The notes under the pieces were generated by a model. The model saw only the letters and a list, made by a program, of their open reading frames with translations. It ran no database searches and had not been told where the DNA came from. A DNA stretch of 60,193 nucleotides, counting the filler, from Sphacelaria rigidula (lineage: Eukaryota), in assembly GCA_964200075.2 (NCBI GenBank). It is 10 parts of 10 records of this genome, joined end to end, with 100 filler letters (N's around TTAATTAATTAA, not from the genome) between each part and the next. Parts side by side here need not be neighbours in the genome. Positions count along the whole stretch, not along the records: positions 1 to 5,930 come from CAXNAA020023408.1; positions 6,031 to 11,960 come from CAXNAA020023409.1; 8 more parts are not named here. One strand, written 5' to 3'. Shown here one piece after another: positions 1 to 12,060 of this stretch. A program made the translations under genes and the position numbers. Within the stretch, counting starts at the first letter, position 1. Each line of letters opens with the position of its first letter.

Positions 1-429
1 AATAGTAGTTTTCTTACAACCCCCCCCCCCAAAAAAAAAAAAAGAGACAAAAAAAAAAATACGGCATGCAAAACCATGAGTACTCCCCCCTTCCCTACAG
101 GATGAGCGTGAAACGTAGCAAGGTTCAAATTACGGTCTCGTCGAGGAGGAGTTGATAAAGTCACGGTAGAGTTTTTCCAACAAAAAAGACGGTTCTGTCT
201 CTCCCCCGACATGATGAAAGGTGGCCCGGGAGTAGTGAAACGAACCACTGTTGAATTCTTCATCATTGCCTCTTGGGAAGAGTATGGTGCTGTCACAGAA
301 TAATGGCTCGCGCGAGAAGCTTGCAAGGGTCGGACGAATTGATGATTCGTCTGGAAATAACTTGATTTTAATGTAATCAATTCGTACCGTACGCATCAAT
401 CCTTAGTCTTTGTTTCCAACGTTGCAAGC

Positions 430-600
430 CAGGTTCGCGCAGCCCAGGCACGTGGATTGGCGCAAAGATTGCGTAGAGACCTTCTTGACCAGCGGTCGAT
501 TTGTTTTCTCTCTTTCGAGTAACCAGGCCTGAGAAATCGTGGATTTGGTGATTCGAACCGGCGATGATTCGTCCGAACTGTGGAAGCTTGTGCCCAATGT
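430..600. repeat. Interspersed repeat or degraded TE fragment, homologous to about 18880-19040
   Basis: Colinear shared blocks on different contigs: cccag(g/a)cacgtgga(t/a)tggcgcaaa, cagcggtc, gtggatttggtgattcgaacc, gatgatt(c/t)gtccgaac.gtggaa. Confidence 0.7.
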
Positions 601-837
601 TTCAGTGTTGAAGTGAAATCCCTCGGGCGCAGGTTGTTGGTGAGGTCACATTGAAGCCCTGGGCACATATTTTTCTACGATGCTAAACACTGTGATAGCT
701 ACGTACTGTAACAGCATCGCCACTTGTTGCTTCGTCGAGCTCTACTCTTCGTCGAAAGCTTGTACCAAAAGGTCCGCATGCATCAAATCACATCCGACGT
801 TCACGTACAAAACCATGTAACATGATACCGTCATATA

Positions 838-886
<49 letters not shown>

Positions 887-1186
887 CTCTCNNNNNNNNN
901 NCGCCGCGCCCACACCACCCCCCGCGCCCACATCACCCCACCACATGATATCCTTCACCTGTTCCCCCCCCCCCCCCCCCCCCCCCCCACTGCCTATGTG
1001 TCCTTGTCACGAAGTATCTTCACCGCCATGTCTCAACCCTCCCCGTCCCTCTTTCAAATAAAGTTTGTTCTTGACATGAGTCGTCATCCACAAGACGTTT
1101 TCAGGTTATTTTCCGAGCACACCGCAGTTTTTACCCAAAAACTAGTTTGAAACCCGAATTTTGGCTTTCCCCGTTACAGATATTAT

Positions 1187-2301
1187 GTGCTCTTGTCTAT
1201 GAAGCGAGTTCCAGCGAATTTTCTTGCTCAATCTTATTCCCCCCCCGTCGTCGTCCTTTCCACAACTCCACGACGAACAAAACACAGGAATAGCTATCCT
1301 TACAAAAAACCGCAGCCACAGCAGTGTCAACTACACCAGGGCCCCGCTTCTGTCTCCCGGCGACGGTCTATTTCCAACTTCCTGCTGCACGCGAGGCGTC
1401 GCTCATTGTCGCCGCAGAGCGTCCAGAGCGTCCAGAGCGTGCCGGGCAGCGGCGTGCAAGGATGGGGGGAAGCGTTTCGCCTTCCTCGAATGCCCACCCC
1501 TGTAGGCGGCGGTGACGGAGGAGAGGCGAGCCCGGCTAGTGCAGTAACACCATCGGCATCAGCAGTGACTACCGCGACAGGGACAACTTCAAACAAGGCA
1601 GGAGAGCGGGCGCGCGCTGCCACGACGGGCGGTGACAGCGACGATTGGAAACTCGACGAGGATTTTTTGAAGGTGAACAGGAAGCATCGCAATGCCGTCG
1701 CTGCCGCCGATGGTGTTGATGTTAGTGATAGCAGTATTGCCAGTGGGAATTGTGATTGCGGTAGCGGCGCCGGCAGTGATCGTACCACGGCGGGGATAAG
1801 CAGGGAAGTCAGAGCGGCAGTAAAATCTCCAGGAGGTGCTGCTGCTCCTGATGCGCACAGTCCTGCCCCGGCGGCGGCGGGTGGGCCCGACGAACAAAAG
1901 CGAGAAGCTCGTAATAACAGTGCTGATGGTGATAGTGGGGTAGAAAAAGGCGAGGCGAGCGGGGGTCCAAGAGGAGGTAGCAGTGTCAAGAGTTTCGGGG
2001 AGGCGAGCGTTTGCAGTGGCTCGGGGAACAGACTAGACAGGGCGAACACGAGCACGTCGTTGGTGTCACCCGCCCGCCCGGCGGAGGCGATGGCAGCGCG
2101 CGAGCAGCACCTGCCGCGACTCAACTCGGTGTCGTGGCGTTTTTTTCGACGTGCACCGAGCTTGTCATCGGACGCTTCCAGCTGGGGGCCGAGCACTGGG
2201 GGCGGTGTTGCGGGGAGCTTGAGCTCCGAGGCGCAGGAAGGCGTAGGGGCGGAAACAAGGGGCAGGAACAAGGGCGGTACTGACGACAGTAAAAATCGTG
2301 T

Positions 2302-2338
<37 letters not shown>

Positions 2339-3007
2339 ACGACGCAAACACGGCACGAAACCACAGATCCGCATCACGGCAACCACCAGGACCGCCAGCA
2401 TAGCCGTCGAAGCGCTGGAGGAGGAGGAAGCTGTGGTCAATATGATATTGTCTTGAAGGACGGCTTGGAGTTCGACGTGCCCCTTGTCAAGCACGGCCTC
2501 CAGCGAGGCCGCATCAACGGACGGTGTAGATTGGTGACGGATCGAAGCTCCCCTCTTGGCTCCGCCAAAGGGGGCGGCGGAGGGAGCAGCATAGCCGAGG
2601 GAGACAGCAGCGCGGGGGAGCGGGGTGAGCGTCGCGCCGGCCTCCGCGTTATTGGCAGCACCCGATCTTTCCGGGGATTGATGAGCGCTTCTAACGGTAA
2701 AAAGGGAAAAATGAAGAAGGGCAGGCGATTTTTCAAGAAACGGCGAGGTAAAGAACGGACGCTGGATAGTGATGGAGGTGGAGATCGAGGGGGATTGACC
2801 AGAGGAGTGGATGAGCTGAGCGGTGGCGTTGGGATGGCGGCCGTGGGCGCCGACGGAGAGAGTACGGCGATCGTAGCGGTGACTGCTCGCGCGGGGGAAG
2901 AATCTGACCGCGAGAAGAGTAAATCGGATATCAGCTCGATAAGGAGTAGTAGTGGGAAGCGCGGCCTTGGTCGCAGCCCCGTCGAGGGAGAGTGCTCTTG
3001 CATGTAA
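1187..3007 (+). CDS. Large low-complexity (G/S/A/R-rich) coding exon of an uncharacterised protein; true ends probably spliced
   Basis: 606-codon stop-free GC-rich frame; candidate acceptor ccgttacag near 1179; basic NLS-like stretch KKGKMKKGRRFFKKRRGK; no confidently recognised domain. Confidence 0.6.
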
Positions 3008-4019
3008 AACTAAAGTTGTGTGTGTTGGATCAAGGAATTGTTGGGTGTTTTTTTTGTCTCTGGTACAATGTTTCTGAGGTGTTTTTTAGAGACAGTACTG
3101 TATGATGAAAGAAAAGAAATGTTTTGAATACTTGCTTCAATGGGTGAGGAGGAACCCGGTGTGATATTTGGTCCCAACAACAGGTGATTGACTGTGGATA
3201 GTGACCGATGCCGATAGGGAGAAGGGTGAGGCGAGGGGTAGCGACAGCAACTTCATCGAATTTCACCCGCCGAGACTTTCGCCTACTTTGTGTGGGAGGA
3301 AGTGTGCGCTTTGTTTTTTTGTATTTTTTTAGTTGCTGTTAAGGGAAAACGCTGCATGCCTTCGTTCTTGAGAAAAGATGCACTGCACGAGCGCTGGGGT
3401 ATTAGGCCCCCTAGCCGTGCCTTTGTGCAGGCCCATCCACACCAGAGTTGTCTCTGAATTGGTGCGATATGGTTCTGATCGTAGATCGCTTCTTTTGCTC
3501 TCGTGAGTTTTTTTTTCAACCCTTCCGGTGACCGCAGGTGGGGAGAACTACATATCATCATCATTTTGCAAGAGAAGGATGATGCTGACTCAACAGCTGT
3601 ACGAACCTGCGTGGTGTGTGAGGGTTCGCTCCACAGACAGACCGATAGACAGACAGACGAAACTGCATGTATATTTACCAGCGCTATCACTTTTTATCCA
3701 CAATTTTCTTTCTCACGGTTGTTGGTGGTGATGGTGGTGGTGATGGTGATGGTGATGGTGTTGGTGTGTTGTATTCGATATCCAGATGTGTGGTGTTGGT
3801 GTTGGTTGTAGTGGTTTTCTGAGACAAGAAGCAACGAGGGGAAAACACGGCCGTTTTCGATTACAATCTGACTCTGATTGGGCTACCGTCATGTATATTA
3901 GTCAGTGCCAAGACAACCGGAAGAGTCACTCTCTTAGCGTTTTCTGTATTTGTTTTGTACTTGCGGTGGTATTCCGAGCGGTGGTGGACACTGAAAAAGG
4001 TGTTGCGCATCTCGTACAT

Positions 4020-4450
4020 GATACGGGATCTTACGAATTGGGGATGGATATTTTATTGGGGATGAGAAACCCGGAGAAATAACGTCTTCCTATACACACC
4101 AAATCTTCGAGTCACGGTTCCATTTCTTCACCTACTGATAGCTATTGGTAACTGCTACACGCAACAGAAATTTGGATTTCGATCACCTAAATGTTGGGGT
4201 CCTAGGTGAAAAAACAATTTTGGGGAACTTTGCGTGTCCGAACCGAGGCCAAAATGGTTCCAAAATTGGTTTTTTACATAGAACCCCAACGGTTCGAGAG
4301 TAGAAATCCAAATTTCTGTGGCGTGTAGCAGTTGTCGATAGCTATCAGTACGTGAAGAAATGGAACCATATTTCAAAAATTTGGTGTGGATACGAAGATT
4401 TTAATTCTTCGGGTTTGTCATCCCCAATTCAAGATCCATCCACACTCTGT
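4020..4450. mobile_element. Foldback/MITE-like palindromic element; second copy at about 15060-15490
   Basis: Long imperfect inverted repeat (ttccatttcttcac..tactgatagctat..gctacacgc..cagaaatttggatttc / gaaatccaaatttctg..gcgtgtagc..atagctatcagta..gtgaagaaatggaa); homologous palindrome in contig 3. Confidence 0.7.
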
Positions 4451-5164
4451 AAGATCCCGTGTTACATGAGGGAAGGACGTTCGCTTCGAGCCTATATTTC
4501 GTGGATATATAGAGTTTTTTTCCGTGATCGAAAAGAAAAAAATGAAACTCCGGTGGTGGGGTCTTGATAGTATATACGGCCATGACGTCACTGGCCGACA
4601 ATATTTCCTCCATGTTGTTGTCATGAGTAAGCCACGTCTGGGTGAGTTGTTGAGGTTATGAACCGTTTCGCTTTTTCGTACCTGTTCATTGCGAATCCGT
4701 GTGTCTTGATATCTGAAACCTGGGTTTGGTTTGGACCGGACTGGTTCGCTGTGTGAAACCGACTCTTTGTGTAGAACCAACCCTTATCTTTTACGCCAGT
4801 CAGTATTTTTGCGTTTTTTTTCTTTTGGTTCTTGTTTTGTGAGAGGTCCGATCGCTGATGGCAGATTTCGGTGGGGTGATGTAGTGCTTGTATGTGCGCG
4901 CATCTTGATTTTTTTCCATACGCTTTGCCACGAATGAACAATTAATGGAGTGCCTCTAATTGTATTATATTGTATCGAATTTACCAGATTTTGTTTTGTG
5001 CTTTGAATTTGCAAGCTTCATAGACTTGGCCAGGTGCGCTCATGTGCGAGGGGGGGCGGGCTGATGAACACGAAAAAAAAGAAAGCGAGCGTGGTATGAT
5101 AAGCTCAATATACGTCGAGTTTTTTCCTCGTTTGTAGCTTGTTTCTTCCCCTACTGTTGGTGAG

Positions 5165-5410
5165 TGATGCTACGGTAGGGTTGCACTTTTTGAGCGAAAA
5201 TGTTTCTCGCGGTGTTGCATGAATCATTTTGAGAATCGGCATCATTTTCACTTGAAAAAGACTGAAAATGATGCCGATTCACGAGAAGGCCCCCATGTGC
5301 ATCTCCATGTCCTGTCCCCGGAGATGTGGGTTGCACAGCAAGCCCCATATATCTGGGCTCCTACAAAAACGAGACTCAGAAACAAAAAGTGCAACCCCTA
5401 TCGTAGCATT
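5165..5410. mobile_element. Small MITE-like element with about 25-bp terminal inverted repeats
   Basis: atgctacggtagggttgcactttttg ... caaaaagtgcaacccctatcgtagcat. Confidence 0.55.
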
Positions 5411-5930
5411 GTTCTGGTGATGAAAAAATCAGGCACCAATGTTCCTCTTGGCAGCGCCCACACGTGGAGATGGATACTTCTGGTGAGGCTGGCTTCTTGC
5501 TTTTTCCAGCAGCCCGCCACGCCCACTTTTTTTGGGGGGGGAGGGGGCGTTGAAAACAGAGGCGGGGCTATTTTCACCAGGACTCTTCACATGACCGGCC
5601 TTCCGCGCACGTGTCCTTCCCATGTTCCCATGTTCCTGAACAGATTCGAACATGATGGGGTGAGATTTTCATGCTTCATTTCGGGCCGTTCTAAGGTGGG
5701 CATGTGAGTTTCGTTCTCGGTTCAAGGATCGCCATATCCGTTGCTTGGATGTACCGCGCCTCCCTCTTCCTGGCAATTAATTGCGACAATATATCTTGAG
5801 CTGCAGGATGCTTACGGGGTTTTTTTTCCCCTCACACTTTGAACCTCTCCCCTTCCTCGGGATGAGTCCGTGGTCTCAGGGGATTAACCCATTTCTGCCC
5901 CGGTACGCGTCTTTCATTTTGGTCTCGCGG

Positions 5931-6030
5931 NNNNNNNNNNNNNNNNNNNNNNNNNNNNNNNNNNNNNNNNNNNNTTAATTAATTAANNNNNNNNNNNNNN
6001 NNNNNNNNNNNNNNNNNNNNNNNNNNNNNN
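5931..6030. other. Artificial contig linker (N44-TTAATTAATTAA-N44); same linker at 11961-12060, 17991-18090, 24020-24119, 30049-30148, 36078-36177, 42107-42206, 48136-48235, 54165-54264
   Basis: Nine identical 100-nt spacers with stops in all six frames separate segments of 5930, 5930, 5930 and then 5929 bp (length-sorted contigs). Confidence 0.98.
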
Positions 6031-6925
6031 CCCGGCTGATGCGCCCACATATACCGAAGGGTGTAGACTGGTGCCCAGAGTAAATGGGACGACAACACAC
6101 AATACAGCAGTGCACAGCAATACATGACTGCATCGAAACTCACTCTATTTATGCCGCAGTTTACTACAGCGTTGCTCACATTTCAATTTCGCCGACTCTA
6201 CCACCAAACATGCATGCAAACATTTGCTATGCTCATTCTCGCGCAGGCACCATTTGACATTATTCTTTTTCAGATGAACTATATACACTGTGGATAACCC
6301 TCTGCGCCTCGCCAAAGCGTGGGGTTTACATCCATTGCCGACGCCTGGCGGCGTACCATCGCGGTCGCCACGCAACAATGCAAAGCAACACGATCCATAC
6401 CATATAACTCCGGAAACATTCACCTTTGCAGCCAGATGCCACTTGCTCCTACCCCTCCGCCGGGGGCGCAACCACCACGCCAACTGTGCGTGTTCTGCGT
6501 CTGATTTGAGCTCAAACGTTGTACAATGACTTCTGAACGCGACCATTCACACTTAAAATTGTTTGTTCTTCTTCACGCGCAAGACTGAACAAGGAAAGTG
6601 ATCATTATTTCGTGATATAGCAATGATAGTGACGTGACGGTTCACAATTTTATCATCACGCGAAATCACACGCCGTTCCAATGTAGGGGGAAAGACGAGT
6701 AATGCAATGGCAGTAGCATCACACAAATAGACCAGCAACTTCAGGCAGGGCGGCAATCACGCGCAAGGATGTATGGGCATCAGCGCCAGTCAAAACGCGG
6801 ACGGCCTCCCGCTCGAGAAGGAGAAAAAGCAATGGCAGCAGCAGCAGCATCTTCACGACCAGTGGATATATACGGCTGCGGGTGGGTCTGAATCAGCGGG
6901 TGCCGATACTCCTGCTACTGCTGCT

Positions 6926-7335
6926 TGTGCAATTGTGAGGTGTTTGGTGTGGCCGTGGCGCGCTTCCTCGCGGTGCACCGTTTTATAGTGGAGCAAGGCC
7001 CTTGTCGCGAGAGATCTTGATGGGTTGAACAGACGATGTACCCGAGTGGGGCGCTGCATCGCCAGGCTTTTCGTTATTCATTCAGACGTCACCCGCTGGT
7101 GTACAGCTCTACCTGAACCTTCGCTCCCTGAATCTCAGCCCTGAACCTCAACTATGGAGCATATAATATAGAGCCGCGGAGCCGTTCTGGCTAGACTGAA
7201 CACTGGCTACAGTACTGGTTCCCGGACCGTTCCTGTCGGTACTTTGTACTGAACCGCACTGGCTCCTACCACGCCGGTTGACTGTATGCCCGAGAATCTA
7301 CGTATGAGATCTATGTCCACTACATAATCTGCACA
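6926..7335 (-). repeat. 3' LTR of the copia element
   Basis: TGTGCA...TGCACA termini; about 17 substitutions versus 10643-11052 by manual comparison (about 4%). Confidence 0.95.
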
Positions 7336-7344
7336 CTCTCCCAT
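7336..7344 (-). other. Polypurine tract (PPT)
   Basis: Minus strand ATGGGAGAG lies directly before the 3' LTR start TGTGCA. Confidence 0.7.
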
Positions 7345-7976
7345 GATCGTATAGCGGGGACACCAGAGAGCTGCTACAATCACACCCAACGTGCTAGATA
7401 CGAGGCAAACGAATCGTTCCATTGAATGCCATAGAAGCCACGTGGCGGGCCTGGACCTTCCAGACTCGTCCTGACTTCCGGTGCCTTTTCCGTTTTGACA
7501 CCCTTGGTCGAGAACGGCAACTTGAACGTTTGTTGGCTGGGTGCGAGGTTGTCCTTGCTCGACATGCATCCCGCACCCTCGGGTGGTCCATCCACTGTCT
7601 TTGTCGTTTACTTCACCGCGGGCTGTGGCTTTGCTTCGTGGTCAAGATCAGAGCCGTCCGTGCTCGGCACGAATATTTTCTCGAGCTTCGCTCCTTCGTT
7701 ATCGCCCAGCGTCTCCGGTGGTTCGGTGATTCGGCCTCGTTCACGATCATCTCCGTTCGAGGAGGCTTTATCCTCAAGTCCGACCTGCTGCTCGTTTCTT
7801 GTGTGTGATGCCTTGGTCTTTGGACCGTCGGAGCGCTCGTCTGCGCTTGGAGTCGTATGAGTTACAGACGCCGCCGGTGGCCCCCGCGGTCTCAGCGGTT
7901 CACCGGCCTCTCGGCTGTGAGGCTCGTTGCCTTCCGTTGGGTTCCCTCTTCCATGACCACTTTCCATCTGTCAGCA

Positions 7977-10621
7977 TCAGGTTCTGCCAGGGTTTCTTTC
8001 GCTGTCGACGGTTCCCATGGTCCAATGACGATTCCGCCCCCGAGCATGCAGAATGCGCCTTTGTCCTGATCTTGTCAAAGGGTGGCGAGGAACTTTGAAA
8101 TTTCTGCTATCAGAACTGCTGTCGCCAGAACTTCCGAAGCGTTGTTGTGCATTGTCCCCTCGATGCCGTTGCGCTCGTCGACTGGACCTGCGCAGTCCAC
8201 TGTCCGGAGAAGAGCGCTTCGATGATATCGAGTCCTGTGGTGGCTGTCCACCTGGGCCATCATCGCCGTCGATTGGCGCTGCTTTCTCTTCTTCCGATGG
8301 TTTGTCCTCGCCATCACTGAGTTCGACCGCCTTCAGCACCCCCACGATGGCTAGGATCTTGGCCTCTGATTCAAACGTGATGTGTGAAGACTTGACGAGC
8401 TTTGATTCCTGTATCAGCCATACATACCACCAGAGAGAGTGCCGATCGTGCCCCACCAAGATGCCCCGCTTCGCATATGGGTGGAACTTCGCAGCGGCGC
8501 CGCGTTGCTGCTTGTGCTGATGCACGAAACACTCCGATCTCCAAGTACGAAGCCGGTCGTAGTTGGAAGGCTTTCCTGTCAGCCTCGCACATGGGGTCTC
8601 GCCCCCGAGGTAGTCGTGGGGCATCCCTGCGGTCTTGAATTCCGCGTCCGCCACAGCGAAGAACCAGTTGTCCTCTCCGCGCCCCACTTTCACTAGTTGG
8701 CTGCGTGCTATCCTCATCATTTATTGAATTGCACGTTCAGCAATTCCATTACTCTGCGGTGTCCTTGACGGTGAAGAGCGCCATTTGATACCGCGATTGG
8801 TCAGCATGCGTTGAAATGTGATTCACCGCCCAAATTCCCCAGCGCCGTCTCCGCTGATGCATTTAATGACCACTCCCTCACGGGCCATTTCGTCGATGCA
8901 GGCTCCCGTGGCGTCAGTGGCCGCATCTCGTGTCTTGAGTCAAACAACGTGCTTGTCTCGACTGGCCTCGTCCACGAAAACCTGAAAGTATTTCATGCCC
9001 GTGACATCGGCGTGGAAAGGGACTTCAAGATCAGTGTGCACAACTTCACCTGGTGCTTTGGGACTCCTGCCGCCGCGGCCGCAGCTGAGCGCCTCGGACT
9101 TGCATCCCTTGCACACGCTGCATCGCACCTCGGACGCCACCGTGGTATCAGTGACATCGATCAGCCCACGCTTCTCGAGGTGTTTTATGGCAGCCGGATC
9201 GATGTGTCCTAGGGTGCCGTGCCACTCCTTCAATGTGAGGTGCTGCTTTTTGTTTGCAAACGAAGCGTGTGCCGACGCCGCATGTTTGCCATCCACCTGC
9301 AGCGATACCGACAGGGTCAGGAACCTTCTATTCCCGGCTAGGGGGATCTTCGGTCCATCCTTTCTGAACCGAAGGTAGCTCTCCTTCCTGCCGGAATCCA
9401 CGAATTCTCCTCCGTCACGCCGAATCATTCCGGTACTCAGCAGCCGGCAACGCAGTCCAGGGACCCAAAGTACGTCCTTCAGTGTGACCTTTGCCGGAGC
9501 CACCTCTCCCCGAGCACCCACGTGCAATGGCATCTCTCCCATTGCCAGTGCCTGCAGTTGTCCCTTGTTCCCAAATGTACAGCTTCGTTTGACCGTACGT
9601 GTATTTTTGAGATCCCGTATCCAGGGAGTCGCGTGGACATTCGCTCCCGAGTCGCAGAGAATCGACACCTCTGTGTCACTGTTGGTCGACGTGCACATGG
9701 ATACTGCTCGCTCATCTTCGGCTACCTTGTTCATCGTCATGAATGCCTGCGGTCTGTCCCTCCTCCCATTATTTCTGTCGTTCTGTGGAGGGGGTGGGAA
9801 CGTTCGTGCGGGGCTCATCCCCGGCGGTCGTTTAGCTGGAGGTTTGCCATTAAGGTAGGAGCGACACTCCCGCCACTTATGATTTCGCTTCAAACAGTAG
9901 GCGCATTGATTTCTATCGAGTCCCGAGTCGGTTTTGTTGCCGTCGGTTCTCGATTGGAACGCTACTGCCTCGTCGCGGCGTTCCATGTCAGACGTTAGAT
10001 ATGCTGATGATGCTACGACTGCCCGTTTTAGCTCATCGTATGTCATACCTGGCTAGGTTGTTAGCTGGATGAATACTTGTGGAAGCGCCTCCTTGATCCG
10101 AGTAGAAGGGCTGCCCTCTTGGTCTCGTCAGCTTTGGCGTTTCCAATCGCTTCGAATTCCCCCCAGATGGTGTCCAGCTTCACCATATAATCTGCTGATT
10201 CTTCTGCAGAACTGCATTGGAGATCCCGCAGTCTTCGTTCCAATGCAAGTAGTTACACAGGCCGCTCGTCCTGTGCACGTCCTCCGTAAATCCGTTCCAT
10301 CTCCAGCCAGGCTTCCCTGCCGTCAGGGTTGCCGCCGTGCTCGCATCGTGCGACGATGGCTGCGGCTGACCCTCTCGTAGCCTGTGCCAGGAGGAACCAT
10401 AAGGACTGTGTATTGCGTTGGTGCGTTTCGTACGCTCTACGCTGATCAAGTGTTGTGGTAGCTGTCGGAACGGCTGGTGTGGTGTAATCCGGTCGCAGCA
10501 GGGGGTATAGTCCCTTTCCCCCTGCGTATCCAACGATGAAAAGTCTCCATACGTCCCATGTTTCTCGCGAGTGCCCACGAGCGCCTGTCCAGACTGGCAT
10601 CTTGCGTGAGTCTGCCTCCAT
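7977..10621 (-). pseudogene. Disrupted copia gag-pol: Gag, CCHC zinc knuckle, aspartic protease, integrase, SH3-like domain
   Basis: Pieces 10253-10621, 10061-10243, 8940-10046 and 7977-8720. Motifs: CAYCLKRNHKWREC, ILCDSGANVH, WHGTLGH..CSVC, VHTDL..FVDEASR, ISGDGAGEF (about 8830-8857), PQSNGIAERAIQ (about 8724-8760), KFHPYAKRGILVGHD. Stops or frameshifts near 10250, 10050, 8940 and 8722. Confidence 0.9.
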
Positions 10622-10630
10622 ACTCCTCGA

Positions 10631-10642
10631 GGCTCAGGAACC
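10631..10642 (-). other. Primer-binding site, degenerate internal initiator tRNA-Met type
   Basis: Minus strand GGTTCCTGAGCC directly after the 5' LTR; resembles the GGTTATG(A/G)GCC half-tRNA-iMet PBS of copia-clade elements. Confidence 0.6.
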
Positions 10643-11052
10643 TGTGCACTTGTGAGGTGTTTGGTGTGGCCGTGGCGCGCTTCCTCGCAGTGCACCGTTT
10701 TATAGCGGAGCAAGGCGATTGTCGCGAGAGATCTTGCTGGGTTGAACAGACGACGTACCCGAGTGGGGCGCTGCATCGCCAGGCTTTTTGTTAGTCATTC
10801 AGACGTCACCCGCTGGTGTACAGCTCTATCTGAACCTTCGCTCCCTGAATCTCAGCCCTAAACCCCAACTATGGAGCATATAATACAGAGCCGCGGAGCC
10901 GTTCTGGCCATACTGAACACTGGCTACAGTACTGGTTCCCGGACCGTTCCTGTCGGTACTTTGTACTGAACCGCACTGGCTCCTACCACGCCGGTTGACT
11001 ATATGCCCGAGAATCTACGTATGAGATCTATGTCCACTACATAATCTACACA
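10643..11052 (-). repeat. 5' LTR of the copia element
   Basis: Direct repeat of 6926-7335 with TG...CA termini. Confidence 0.95.
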
Positions 11053-12060
11053 CTGCTGCTGTTGCTTCTCTTCCTCGTGCGAGAAACGATCCGCGTCTTG
11101 ATGGTGCGACAACGCCCACGCACCTTGCGCGTGATAGCCGCTGTCCTGGAAAGCGCTAGTCCGTACTACCCGCCAATGGGCCCATACTTGCTCACTCGGC
11201 GAAGTGCTTGGAGATATAGCTGTGCGCATCTCTCTGTGGGAGCTGTGCACGTCGAGTGTCTTACGCGTGGCTACTGCTGGTGATGGGATCAAAGCCAGCG
11301 TGGCTACTGCTGTCAATGGAAACCAGTTGTGCGCCCATGAATAGTCACGTGAGTTTTATACTTCGTGTCAACAACATTGCATTTTCAACTTCGACAAGAC
11401 AGCACTGCCAGCCAACTGCAGTTGTTCGGAATGCAATAGCAGTACAGCAGCTCGGTATTCCAGCAGAGACCAGACGTGTTTGGCAAGGTTTGGATACGCG
11501 ATTGTGTACAGTAGTGACAAGTGCAGCACATGAGAGATCCGTGTTTGTGCGCTGCTGCACAACAAAACATGACATGTCCCATTTTACTTCTTGTGCCAGC
11601 TTTTGAACAGGTTCTCAAGCGTTCAGAATCGTCCCCCAATTCTGAGCGCTTGGCCGAAGTTTTGCCATTTTTCGGGTCCGTTCAGAATTTTGGGGGTCCA
11701 AGGCCAATTCTTATGGGAGTGTTTAGAATTTTATTTTGCAATAAGCTTAAACGACTTTTTTTTTCTTCTTTGCAGTAGCTGTGTGTTTTGTGCCCGTTCA
11801 TCATGACGACGAGGAAAAACAAATTCCTCTGAAATTGTTGCAAAATAAGATTTCAAACGCTCCCATAAGAGTTGGCCTGAAAGACCTGATGTTATGGCAA
11901 ACAGATTTTTGGCCCTCGGGTTGTTCACTTTTGGGACGTTTGAGCCACCTTTTGACCCCCNNNNNNNNNNNNNNNNNNNNNNNNNNNNNNNNNNNNNNNN
12001 NNNNTTAATTAATTAANNNNNNNNNNNNNNNNNNNNNNNNNNNNNNNNNNNNNNNNNNNN

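Larger units (their letters stand above)
6926..11052 (-). mobile_element. Ty1/copia LTR retrotransposon, structurally complete, non-autonomous (gag-PR-INT, no RT/RNase H)
   Basis: Two 410-bp direct repeats with TG...CA termini; identical 5-bp TSD CTGCT at 6921-6925 and 11053-11057; PBS and PPT abut the LTRs; domain order CCHC knuckle, DSG protease, integrase is copia-type. Confidence 0.95.

Noticed and set aside
822..1061. Polyproline and polyglycine ORFs
   Set aside because: They come from long poly-C runs around an N gap; probably a low-complexity or sequencing artefact.
1327..3003. Long minus-strand ORFs (345 and 188 aa)
   Set aside because: Antisense shadows of the GC-rich plus-strand ORF.
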